From contig CBFHOE010000004.1 of the NCBI GenBank assembly GCA_965657355.1, positions 47,537 through 111,536 of the forward strand: DNA of 64,000 nt, given 5' to 3'. Under the pieces are notes generated by a model. It saw only the letters and a list, made by a program, of their open reading frames with translations, ran no database searches and was not told where the DNA came from. The stretch is from Limisphaerales bacterium (GTDB lineage: Bacteria; Verrucomicrobiota; Verrucomicrobiia; Limisphaerales; JAJOIW01). Position 1 is the first letter of the stretch. Every line of letters starts with the position of its first letter. Positions 40,501 to 49,764 of the stretch are shown piece after piece. The position numbers were made by a program, and so were the translations under genes.

Positions 40501-40746
40501 TCAGTCGAGCAGGTAGGAAGTGCTGCGAATGAAATGGCAAAAGACCCAAAAAATATGACCTCGAATTTTGTTCCTGTCTCAATGAAGCAAAAAATAATTA
40601 CCGCTTCTCCCATGATTGGCCCAAATAGAAAATCAAAAGTTGCAGTGGTTAGGTTTAATGCCCCTCTTAAACCAGGGGGTTATCCATATATCTGTACTTT
40701 CCCGGGGCATTGGGTTATTATGAAAGGAATGCTCGAGGTCCAATAA
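37534..40746 (+). CDS. PVC-type putative dehydrogenase: SGNH-like domain + beta-propeller + HEAT repeats + azurin-like copper domain
   Basis: IAFIGNT, FGFNE, NGIH; GFEVNLFASE, ILEDTDQDGKAD, GPRGAMYVVDWYN; C-terminal DHNFV...YICTFPGHWVIM. Confidence 0.82.
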   Translation: MMKLNHKLLPKIFLVLLLFFTAESVSAQKKLVDAKNTRTGNPEPQKDPDFAQFGIYSKTASRPQRVKETKTQLPIKFKKNQRIAFIGNTLLERSQYFGYIEAALHQHNPGLNLVVRNFSWSADTPDIQPRPNNFADLEQHLTYEKIDIILASFGFNESFAGPSGLPAFKQSLNSYIQKLQSSAFNGQIGPQIILLSPIANENIDNVSAADRNNHNIALYAQAISEVAMKRGIGFIDVFGPTKKAMENTKVDLTFNGIHMVEAGYELLGRLVSRALTGKIINTFDKPLREEVVDKNKQYFRRYRPLNTYYYTGARNKSYGYLDFLPAMKNFQIMTENRDQRIWSLAQGNDVDGIPKDLNVKQMPVTSQSRGANKWLSPEEELEAFQVDPGFEVNLFASEVEFPDVACPIQMRWDTRGRMWVSCSTTYPHVYPGNEPNDKIVILEDTDQDGKADKSTVFADDLQIPLSFELGDGGVYISEEPHLIFIKDTDGDDKADFKRILFTGFGCEDSHHALHDFVWTPEGDLLFRESIFHNSQVETPYGPVRARNSAWFQLHPKSHRLTSFGSYPNTNPWGVTFDRWGYHVASHPIFAAAFHATNPPFPTQHPRAAGIKAYSGVCGHEFVDFDFWPEEMQGGYVKVRYKPTNRVEFHTWNQNEDAFSESYQKDLIFSTNLSFIPTDLKYGPRGAMYVVDWYNPIKGHAQYSLRDERRDRKSGRIWRIIPKGAKLPPAPKIYNQPVPELLDLLKRPEYRIRYMAKMELRERSEQTVIQELDKWVNHLDIKDPNIDHHILEALWMYKGVDSYNQSLWYRLLDSKNEHARASAVRFLRSWHKKISKEKRNSILKRFAKDKSAFVRMESAIAASYIGDREALDSILPILSSKMGAHLKYAVACALGSEALRAHWMNNSGYEDVNAFFRESKSKDEFAEPTPSASQAQFDSQKDLKVVEISCVPERMRFTKQKINVKSGQPIKLVFTNPDATDHNFVLVQPGSVEQVGSAANEMAKDPKNMTSNFVPVSMKQKIITASPMIGPNRKSKVAVVRFNAPLKPGGYPYICTFPGHWVIMKGMLEVQ

Positions 40747-40819
40747 TGAGTTAATAAAATTAAATTAGAAATGATTTTTAATTGCCCTAATTGCTCAGCC
40801 CAAAAACTAGGTTTTTTGT

Positions 40820-41413
40820 TCAAGGTTTGGCTGACTCGATGAATTTGATGATCTCACTTGAGGTGTATCGCTTTTTATAACTTTCGTAAAAAAGCTTACC
40901 TTTAATTATTCCATTTTTATCAATTATAAAAAATCCAGGATACGGTAGAATGCTCTTTGCTTCATAATTTCGGATTCCATATTTGTCCATCACCTCTCCC
41001 TTTTTATCGGAGAGTAGTGGAAATAAAATTTTCCTGGATCTAGAGAATTTTTGCAGGACAGCGGTATCATCGCTGCTGATTCCAATCACGCGAATCTTTT
41101 TGCTTTTCAGTTTTTTTGAAGATTTTTGCAATTCTATCAACTGTTTTTTGCAGAAAGGGCACCAATCAGCCGACCTGTAAAATAATATCGCAGTCCAATC
41201 AGCATCAGCTTGCTCAACAAATTCATTCAGTTCCTTTAGTTGGTTCTCTGAGTCAGGGAGCTTAAATTCGGGTGCTTTAGAATTTACCACCAGTCCTGGT
41301 GAAAATGTTGTTTTCCCTTCGGGTTGGGGTAACCCCGTTGAGGAAAAATAAAAAAACAGTAGGACAATGGAGAATATTTTTTTAACTTTCATAGATTTAA
41401 TTTCGCAAAGCAT
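40820..41413 (-). CDS. AhpC/TSA peroxiredoxin-like redoxin, probably exported
   Basis: KAPEFKLPD, FYRSADWCPFC, FPLLSD, PYPGFFIID. Confidence 0.88.
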   Translation of the reverse strand: MLCEIKSMKVKKIFSIVLLFFYFSSTGLPQPEGKTTFSPGLVVNSKAPEFKLPDSENQLKELNEFVEQADADWTAILFYRSADWCPFCKKQLIELQKSSKKLKSKKIRVIGISSDDTAVLQKFSRSRKILFPLLSDKKGEVMDKYGIRNYEAKSILPYPGFFIIDKNGIIKGKLFYESYKKRYTSSEIIKFIESAKP

Positions 41414-42779
41414 TATCCTAACTTTTTGGAATCACTATACAATTCTCCAATGCCGATTCCATCGTAATTATTTACAGAGCTTACATCCAACATACGCCTT
41501 CCATCTATAAGTACTGCATTTGGGTTTATGTCGTTAATTATTTGTGGCAGTTCTTTAAATTGTTCCCAGCGAGTCATCAATAAGACACCATCAACTTCTG
41601 ATATTGCATCAGATAAGTTTGCTGTATAAGTGATGTTTTCTTGAGGGAAAATTTTCTGAACTTCGGTTGAGGCTACCGGATCGAATGCTTTGATTGTTGT
41701 TCCTTTATTTAATAGCTCTCTTAAAACCGGAAGAGATGGAGATTCTCGTATGTCGTCGGTTCCCGGCTTAAACGCGAGGCCAAGAACAGCAATAGTACTT
41801 GTGCTCATATCTTCCACATGTTTCTCCAGAAGATCTATCATCTTGAAAGGCTGCTTAGAATTGACATCTAGGACAGCTCTCAACACCGACATATCCAACC
41901 CATCGCGAGCCCCGTGTGCTACCAATGCTTTTACATCTTTGGGGAAACAACTGCCTCCGAATCCACACCCAGCATCAAGATAGTTTATCATGCCGGGCTT
42001 AACTTTTGTTCCATCGTCATTTTGGGGCATAAATCTTTTGTCCAAATGAACCCCGCGCATTACTTTTTTAACATCCACTCCGGGTGTTTGCGCACATAGG
42101 TTTCCAATCTCATTTGAGAAAGATATTAAAGTCGCCAAAAGAGAATTTGCGGCATATTTAATCATCTCTGCTGTGTTACAATCTGTGAAAATCTTATCCA
42201 CCATAGGAAAGCATGCATACAGTTCTTCCAAGTCCTTCTGTGTTTTTTTATTTATGCCTCCAAGGACGATTCTGTCAGGATGCATAAAATCATTTATGGC
42301 CTCACCTTCTTTTAAAAACTCTGGATTCATGCCCACACCAAAGTCTTGCCCTGCTTTTTTTTGTGAAGCATTTTCAATTTCCGGGAGCACGATATTAGAT
42401 GTCGTTCCTGGAACTACTGTGCTTTTGACAATCACCGAGTGCCATCGATTTAAGCTGGAGATTGCTTTCCCAATTTGTTTCGCAGCCGCTTTGATGAAAG
42501 AGAGATCTATGAATTCACCATCAAAAGGAGTTCCTACGGCAATTATCGAAATATTTGTATTACGCACTGCCTGTGATAGATCTTGAGTGGCTATTAAGTT
42601 TTTTCCAGAATGTTTTTTTAATAGTTCTTCGAGCCCCTTTTCGTGAATTGGTGGTATTCCTGTGTTAATTGATTTTACTTTTGTTTCGTCTACATCAACG
42701 CAAATAACCTCATGCCCTTTTTCAGCAAAGCAGCGCTGACCAAACCCACATAGCCGGTCCCGATAATTGAGATTTTCAT
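41413..42779 (-). pseudogene. ugd: UDP-glucose/GDP-mannose 6-dehydrogenase with a frameshift near 42733; may be intact if this is a sequencing error
   Basis: ATG 42779 gives MKISIIGTGYVGLVS. The next frame continues CFAEKGHEVICVDVD... without stops into track ORF 41413..42567 (KSTV, NPEFL, GFGGSCFPKD, LGLAFKP). Confidence 0.85.
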
Positions 42780-42783
42780 AAAA

Positions 42784-43908
42784 TTAGAGGTCTGCCGCTT
42801 TTAAGTTTTCACTATACCAAATCATGGTTTTCAATAGGGCGTCATCAATGGTCCATTTGGGTCTGTAACCGATATTTTCAATCGCTTTTTTAATGATTGG
42901 GCATCTGCGATTCGGGTTATCTACAAGATAGTTATAATCAGTGCTCTTTTGTTTTATAACATTTCCGGTATAACCAAAATGTTCTCTTCCAAGTTGCGCC
43001 ATTTTTTCGGCCAGCTCATACATGGAGATTTCTGGTTTTTCCACTCCGATATTATATGGCTCTCCAGGGGTGCCGTTAACAAGTGTTTTATAATACCCTG
43101 TTATGGCGTCAGCAATGTAGCAAAACGTCCTTGTAGGAGATCCATCAGATAAAAGAACAATATCTTCACCCTCAAATATATTTCGAGCAAAGTCGGGTAT
43201 AACCCTTCGGTCTGATATTTTTAAACCTGGTCCAAAGTTGTTGAAAGGCCGCGCTATGGTAACTGGAATCTGATGCTGCTGCGCAAAATTTACGCATAAA
43301 GTTTCGCCATACCTTTTCGACTCATCATAGCATGCTCGGGGACCGGTGCATGAAACAAGTCCCCGATATGTTTCTGGTGTCGGTATGGCATCGGGGGTGG
43401 GGTCGCCGTAAATTTCACTTGTTGAAAAAAATAAAAATCCAGAGACAGATTTTTCCCTGGCTGCCTGATTTTTTGAATAGTTTAAGAGGTTTCTTAGCCC
43501 CTCAACATTTGCATCCATCGTTTCAATAGGGTGTCTTCTGTAAAAAATGGGAGAAGCAATAGATGCGGCATGGATTATCCAATCATAATCAGGAGAATCA
43601 TCAGGTAGTGGATGGGTTATATCGTGATTTTTAAGAACAATGTGAGGTTTCTCAGCACAGTTTTTTAACCACTCGGGTATTCCTCGTATATAATTATCAA
43701 ATACAAATAGTTGGATTGGTTTTTTTGCCTTGGTTTCATTGTAAAATAATATTGATTGAACAAGGTAATAACCCAAAAATCCTGCTCCTCCCACACACAA
43801 GAGAGTGTCCCCTTCCATTTCTAAAAATTCTTTTTCTAAACGGGATACAATATCCGTAAGGTCAGACAGTATTACGTCCTTCGCATTTTTAGGGTGTTCC
43901 TTTTCCAT
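42784..43908 (-). CDS. NAD-dependent epimerase/dehydratase, UDP-glucuronate decarboxylase-like
   Basis: GGAGFLG, ASIASP, STSEIYGDP, GPRACYDESKR, RPFNNFGP, TRTFCY. Confidence 0.9.
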   Translation of the reverse strand: MEKEHPKNAKDVILSDLTDIVSRLEKEFLEMEGDTLLCVGGAGFLGYYLVQSILFYNETKAKKPIQLFVFDNYIRGIPEWLKNCAEKPHIVLKNHDITHPLPDDSPDYDWIIHAASIASPIFYRRHPIETMDANVEGLRNLLNYSKNQAAREKSVSGFLFFSTSEIYGDPTPDAIPTPETYRGLVSCTGPRACYDESKRYGETLCVNFAQQHQIPVTIARPFNNFGPGLKISDRRVIPDFARNIFEGEDIVLLSDGSPTRTFCYIADAITGYYKTLVNGTPGEPYNIGVEKPEISMYELAEKMAQLGREHFGYTGNVIKQKSTDYNYLVDNPNRRCPIIKKAIENIGYRPKWTIDDALLKTMIWYSENLKAADL

Positions 43909-44466
43909 AGGGTGGCCAATTCAGTGAAATTTATATCAAAAATTTATGCTAATCGATTCAAATCCAATTACTTAGTCGTAAATTAGTTGGGTGTTTTTCT
44001 TGTTACTAACACGAGTTATACCTCTTTATCGCCACATATGTTCGGGAATAAAGCAATTATGTCCCAAAATGAAGCAGTGAAACTTTCTTCACCAACCTGA
44101 TTTCGGTTCTTCCATCCCAATATAGTCTGTCGGTCTCATGGGAGATTTTGATAAAAAGATGTAATATTCTTCGCAAATAACCTTTTCGGAAGTGGTGGGT
44201 AATCGATTATTGTATGATTCCAAATTGAGAGGAGAAAATGTGTTTGTCAGAATTTTGTCGTAGCTAAAGTTTAATTTGTCATTCTGACTAGCCTATATGT
44301 TTTTCAAATTGCCGACAAAAATTCGCTTTTGATCGGGTTATTCTTTCTGTTTGGTCGATTTCTGGTTTCTATGATGAGAGGCTGCGTTATCTAAATAATA
44401 GAATTATCTTTGTCAAGAAGGACATTTACATTAGTAGACAATCTCAGTAACAAATTGAGTTTTCGG

Positions 44467-45127
44467 ATGAAACCCAACGATTGCCAAAACATACAGGCCA
44501 TTATTTTTGATTTGGATGGAACTATTGTGAATAGTGAGCCTCTTGCACGAACAAACATTCTTCGAACTATTCGAAAAGCTTGGGCATAAGCATGATCATG
44601 GAATTAATTTTGCCAAATATCTCGGAACATCAGACGAAGCTGTCTGGATAGATTTTTTGAAAAAACACCCCCAAGATAAATCTCTAAACGAACTTTTACA
44701 TTGGAAACAGGAGGAATACTTAAAAATAGCGAGGCAGAAAAACCCCGTTTTTTCCGGAGCCACTGAAATGATTCAAGAATTATCCCAGGATTATAAACTC
44801 AGCATAGCTTCTGGTTCCAGACACGAAGTAATAGAGACGATGCTTAAATTGGCCAAGGTAGATCACCTTTTTCCGGTAAAGGTAAGTTCTGAAGATGTAG
44901 AAAATGGCAAGCCAGACCCTGAAATATTCATAATGACAGCTGATAAATTAGGAGTTGATCCTTGCTCATGCCTTGTTGTTGAAGATTCGATCCATGGAGT
45001 TACCGGAGCTAATGCGGCTGGGATGAAGACAATCGCAATTACTCATTCTTTCAAAGCTGAGGACCTTTCGCATGCTTGGAGAGTCGTTTCGACGTATCTC
45101 GAAATTTTGAACCTTCTCATTAGGTAA
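44467..45127 (+). pseudogene. HAD-family phosphatase (beta-PGM/CbbY-like) with an apparent 1-nt insertion near 44545; may be intact if this is a sequencing error
   Basis: ATG 44467 gives MKPNDCQNIQAIIFDLDGTIVNSEPL (motif I DxD). The remainder (HEQTFF...GKPDPEIF...VVEDS..G) is in the next frame. Confidence 0.85.
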
Positions 45128-45173
45128 GCCAAAATCTCATGAACGATTCGCAGTAAGATGGAGTTGTAAGTGC

Positions 45174-48100
45174 TTGTTGGTTTATTGTAATATTAATCAC
45201 AATTCATCTATTATGATTATTCGCAAAAATTGGACTTTCGGTTTTGGTAGGGAATGTAGATCTCTTATGTGGCTTTGTCTAATGACGCTGCTTTTTGAGG
45301 TCCACATTGGATTGCTCATTGACTTAAGAGCTGAGGGTAAGGGCCGTCCAGTTAGAATTCTTTTTTTGGGTCATGACTCTACTCATCACAATTCCAATGA
45401 ATACTTTCCTGTTCTCGCGAGAGAGCTTGGAAGAGATGGAATTTATTTTGATTACCAGACGAAGGTTAGTGAAGCTTTGAAGGCGGATTATTTAAAGCAA
45501 TTTGATGGAGTATTGCTTTATGCCAATCATATGGCCATTACTCCCAGAGAGTTGGAAAACCTTGTTGATTTTGTCGAATCCGGTGGGGGATTTATACCCG
45601 TGCATTGCGCAAGTGCCTGCTTTACGAACCAGAAAAGATTCATAGAACTTGTAGGTGGTAGATTTAAAAGTCACGGAGGTGAAGTATTCACGGCCAAGAT
45701 TACTAATCCCAATCATCCTGCAGTAAATGGAGTAAAAGAATTTACAACATGGGACGAGACCTATGTGCATGATCAACATAATTCGGACAACCGTACTATT
45801 CTCATGACTCGTACAGATGATCAATCAGGTCATGAAGAGCCATGGACCTGGGTGCGGAGCCAAGGCGAAGGACGGGTTTTTTACACGGCTTCCGGTCATG
45901 ATGAAAGAACCTGGAATGATTCTGGATTCCACCAGCTCCTTAAGAGTGGGATTTTGTGGGCAATAGGGGATAACACTCACCTCGAATATCAAGAATTTTT
46001 GAAGTCCAGGCGCCCATTGAAATATGAAAAAAGAGATAATATTCCCAATTATGAGCGGCGGCCTGAGCCATTAGCTCTGCAGCATCCACTGAGCGCTGAG
46101 GATAGTTTGGATTATACCCGAGCTCCAATTGGCTTCGAAATTCAAACCTTTGCCACTGAGCCAATGATTGTTAACCCGATGGCCATGTCCTGGGATTCAT
46201 CCGGTAGGTTATGGGTTATTGAGTCGATTGATTACCCGAACGAGATACCGAGCGATCGCACCAAAGGTCGAGACAGTATAAAAATACTCGAAGATACAAA
46301 TAATGATGGCAAAGCTGACAAGGTTACAGTTTTTGCAGATGGGCTCAACATACCTACAAGTCTATTGTGTATCGATGGAGGTGTGATCGTTTTCCAAGCT
46401 CCGGATGCGATCTTTATGAGAGATACAGACGGTGATGACCGCGTCGATGAGAAGAAAATACTTTTTTCGGGATTTGGTATGGGGGATACACATGCCGGCC
46501 CATCTAACCTTCGTCTAGGTCTAGATAATTGGATATACGGTACTGTCGGGTATTCAAGGTTCCGTGGTGAAGTCGGTGGGGAACAACATGACTTTGGTAT
46601 GGGCGTTTTCAGGTTCAAGAAAAATGGCTCTAAAATGGAATTTCTTCATCAATTCAATAACAACACCTGGGGACTTGGCTTTAATAGCGACGGTGAAGTT
46701 TTTGGTTCAACTGCCAATAATAACCCATCATTCTTCGGTGGACTCTCAGCCGTCTCGCTCGGAACGCCATCCGGAAGTGCCAAAATGATTGCCTCCTCTC
46801 CGAAATTTCACCCAATTACACCTAATATTCGGCAAGTCGATGCCTTCGGCGCATATACAGCCGGATGCGGACACTCATTTACCACTACCGATAAACTCCC
46901 TGATTTTTTGCAGGAGGATATTGCCTTGGTAAATGGGCCGACTGGAAACCTAACTGGGATGTATAGAATTGTAAAAGATGGAGCCGGTTACCTTGCAAAA
47001 AATAATTTTGCGTTTGTAGCAAGCGCGGACGAGTGGTTTTCGCCTATTCAAGCCGAGGTTGGACCCGATGGGCATATTTGGATAGCGGATTGGTATAATT
47101 TTATAATCCAACATAACCCGACTCCAAGTTCTCAGCGCGGCGGATATGATGCCAAAAATGGCAAAGGCAACGCCCACATCAACCCAAACCGCGACCGTCA
47201 GCACGGAAGAATATACAAAGTGGTTTGGAAAGGGGCAAAACAAGATGAAATGCCCACATTGAAAAATGCAGGAGTTCGAAAACTCGTACGCTTTCTCGGG
47301 CATTCAAACCAATTTTGGAGATTAAAGGCACAAGAAATTCTCACCTCTAAAAGAAAATTAAATGCGGCCCAAATAAAGAAACTTAAAAATATGGTGATGC
47401 AAAATAAGCCTTCAGCAGTGCATGCATTCTCCACATTAAATAAGCTGGGGCAGATAGATGTGGAACTCCATCAGTCGGCCTTGCTTGCCGGGTCATCAGC
47501 TGTAAAAGTCTTTGCAATAAAGGCTCTGGAAGTTAAAAGCGATAGGATTGGCTTACTATATGATACCCCAGTTCTAACGGACGCTGATCCCAGAGTCCGG
47601 CTTGCCGCATTTGAAAAGTTGTCTAGTGTTAAACCAACTGAGGTGACAAAGAATATAGTAATTCAGTTGCTCAAAGAAAAATCTAACCGGCAGGATGAAT
47701 GGCTTGATGGCATTCTTAAAGTATGTGCAAGAGTTCACAATGCCTCTGTTAAACGCAAATTAAGTTCGAATCTTCTTTCTAATGGCTCTTTTGAAGAAAT
47801 TGACGAAAAGTCACCAGTCGGGTGGAGTCCAAGAACATATAGCGGCGAGGCAACCCATGACGTCGATTCCAGTGTAGCTCGTTCAGGAAAAAATTCCATA
47901 CGTATTGCCTCTAAATCAGGTTCAGATACAAGCTGGCATCAGGCCATACCCGTCAAGCCAAATACGGATTATAGACTTTCCGCCTGGGTGAAGACTGAGA
48001 ACGTTTCGGGAGCAATGGGAGCTCTTGTCAATGTGCATATTTCTCCTAATCGTGAACTAACTTCACCTGTAAAAGGGAGTGAAAATTGGACTGAAGTTTC

Positions 48101-48527
48101 AATGATGTTAAATTCAGGCGGAAGAAATTCTCTAGATATTAATGCTTTATTTGGGGGGTGGGGAAGGTCAAAAGGAACAGCATGGTTCGATGATTTTAGC
48201 TTACAGGAAGCTATTATTGTGGAGGGCTCTGAAGAGGAGAACATTTTGGCTAACGCAGATAATGGTAGAAAGATTTTTTCCGAACACGCTATTGCTGCAT
48301 GTAACCGGTGTCATAAAGTTGCAGGTGTAGGTGGTGAGGTAGGCCCAGCCTTGGATGGCATTGCATCGAGAAAAGCAGAAGACTATATCATGGAAAGCTT
48401 GGTGAATCCAAATGCCGTCATAGCCGAAGGGTATAAGCTCCAAGCTTCTCCTATGCCTCCGATGGGATTAATTTTGAAACCTCAAGAGTTGGCCGATATA
48501 ATGGCTTACCTCATGACTCTAAAATAG
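45174..48527 (+). CDS. PVC-type heme-binding protein: ThuA-like + beta-propeller + HEAT + carbohydrate-binding-like module + cytochrome c
   Basis: ThuA motifs (VHCAS, DETY, GRVFYTASGH), ILEDTNNDGKAD, GPDGHIWIADWY, NLLSNGSFEE...WFDDFSL, CNRCH...GPALDG. Start uncertain. Confidence 0.88.
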   Translation: MLVYCNINHNSSIMIIRKNWTFGFGRECRSLMWLCLMTLLFEVHIGLLIDLRAEGKGRPVRILFLGHDSTHHNSNEYFPVLARELGRDGIYFDYQTKVSEALKADYLKQFDGVLLYANHMAITPRELENLVDFVESGGGFIPVHCASACFTNQKRFIELVGGRFKSHGGEVFTAKITNPNHPAVNGVKEFTTWDETYVHDQHNSDNRTILMTRTDDQSGHEEPWTWVRSQGEGRVFYTASGHDERTWNDSGFHQLLKSGILWAIGDNTHLEYQEFLKSRRPLKYEKRDNIPNYERRPEPLALQHPLSAEDSLDYTRAPIGFEIQTFATEPMIVNPMAMSWDSSGRLWVIESIDYPNEIPSDRTKGRDSIKILEDTNNDGKADKVTVFADGLNIPTSLLCIDGGVIVFQAPDAIFMRDTDGDDRVDEKKILFSGFGMGDTHAGPSNLRLGLDNWIYGTVGYSRFRGEVGGEQHDFGMGVFRFKKNGSKMEFLHQFNNNTWGLGFNSDGEVFGSTANNNPSFFGGLSAVSLGTPSGSAKMIASSPKFHPITPNIRQVDAFGAYTAGCGHSFTTTDKLPDFLQEDIALVNGPTGNLTGMYRIVKDGAGYLAKNNFAFVASADEWFSPIQAEVGPDGHIWIADWYNFIIQHNPTPSSQRGGYDAKNGKGNAHINPNRDRQHGRIYKVVWKGAKQDEMPTLKNAGVRKLVRFLGHSNQFWRLKAQEILTSKRKLNAAQIKKLKNMVMQNKPSAVHAFSTLNKLGQIDVELHQSALLAGSSAVKVFAIKALEVKSDRIGLLYDTPVLTDADPRVRLAAFEKLSSVKPTEVTKNIVIQLLKEKSNRQDEWLDGILKVCARVHNASVKRKLSSNLLSNGSFEEIDEKSPVGWSPRTYSGEATHDVDSSVARSGKNSIRIASKSGSDTSWHQAIPVKPNTDYRLSAWVKTENVSGAMGALVNVHISPNRELTSPVKGSENWTEVSMMLNSGGRNSLDINALFGGWGRSKGTAWFDDFSLQEAIIVEGSEEENILANADNGRKIFSEHAIAACNRCHKVAGVGGEVGPALDGIASRKAEDYIMESLVNPNAVIAEGYKLQASPMPPMGLILKPQELADIMAYLMTLK

Positions 48528-48612
48528 TTATAAAAATTTAAATTATTCAAATTATTTATAATGCAGAGCGACTCTTCGGTTGCTCTTTCCTTTTTTATAC
48601 GAGCCAAAATTT

Positions 48613-49653
48613 ATGAATAAGAGAAGGTTAGGTAAAAGCGGAATCGTTGTTAGTGAAATATGTATGGGCACCATGACATTCGGGTCTCAAACCGATGAAT
48701 CCATGGCACACACAATCCTCGATCGAGCCTATGAGCGTGGAGTCGATTTTTATGATCTTGCCGAAATGTATCCAGTGCCTCCTAAAGCTGAAACATTTGG
48801 TATTACAGAAAAGTATTTTGGAAGATGGCTTCAACATAAAAAAAGAGATTCATTAATCATCGCGACAAAAATTACCGGGCCAGGTCATGGATGGTTTCAA
48901 CCGCCGGTCCGACACGGAAAAACGACCCTCGATGCTCATCAAATCTCAAGAGCTTTGGACGAAAGTTTAAAGCGACTCAAAACTGATTACTTAGATCTTT
49001 ACCAAATTCATTGGCCGGATCATGGGTTGCCTTATGAGGAGGTTCTTCAGGCATTGAACGAGGAAAAGAAAAAAGGAAAAATTAGGGTTATAGGATGTAG
49101 TAATGAAACTTGTTGGGGGGTGATGAAAAGCCTCTGGGCTGCTGAAAAGAATAATCTGCCTCGATTCCAGTCTGTTCAAAATAATTTCAGTTTAATCAAT
49201 AGGAGGTGTGAAAGTGAGCTCGCCCAAGTCTGTCGGCGTGAAGGAATAAGTCTGCTACCCTATTCGCCTCTTGGTGGAGGTGTGTTATCAGGAAAATACA
49301 ATGAAAATAATTTCCCACCCAATGGCAGGTTCACCGATTATTTAGAAAACGGCGGAGAAAGACAAAAAATGATGGCTCGACGATTTGTGAATCACAGAAC
49401 AATCGAGGTGTCGAAAAGAATTTCTGCATTGGCACAACAGTCGGGCTTAAATCCAGTAACGCTTGCTGTAGCTTGGTCCAAACAGCACGATTTTGTGGCC
49501 TCTACAATAATCGGTGTCTCGCATATAAATCAACTTGACGACTGTTTAAACGCTGCTGATTTAAATCTTGGTGATGAACTATTATTAGCCATTGACCAAA
49601 TCGAAGTAGACATACCTAATCCAATGACAGAGGATGGACTTAGAAAATTGTGA
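48613..49653 (+). CDS. Aldo/keto reductase (Tas-like)
   Basis: ICMGTMTFG, DLAEMYP, IATK, DLYQIHWP, GCSNE, PYSPLGGG. ATG at 48613. Confidence 0.93.
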   Translation: MNKRRLGKSGIVVSEICMGTMTFGSQTDESMAHTILDRAYERGVDFYDLAEMYPVPPKAETFGITEKYFGRWLQHKKRDSLIIATKITGPGHGWFQPPVRHGKTTLDAHQISRALDESLKRLKTDYLDLYQIHWPDHGLPYEEVLQALNEEKKKGKIRVIGCSNETCWGVMKSLWAAEKNNLPRFQSVQNNFSLINRRCESELAQVCRREGISLLPYSPLGGGVLSGKYNENNFPPNGRFTDYLENGGERQKMMARRFVNHRTIEVSKRISALAQQSGLNPVTLAVAWSKQHDFVASTIIGVSHINQLDDCLNAADLNLGDELLLAIDQIEVDIPNPMTEDGLRKL

Positions 49654-49764
49654 TTATTTAAGATTCATTGAATACCAGTTGCAAAAAGGTATAATTTCCA
49701 TAAAACCAGTAAAAACCTTCCCTGATAGTCATTTAATACTGCCAGCCTTGGTTTGTTGTTTACT

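Noticed and set aside
24261..41413. Possible selenocysteine recoding in the glutathione peroxidase and the WCPFC redoxin
   Set aside because: Both active sites are encoded as Cys in uninterrupted ORFs; no in-frame TGA.
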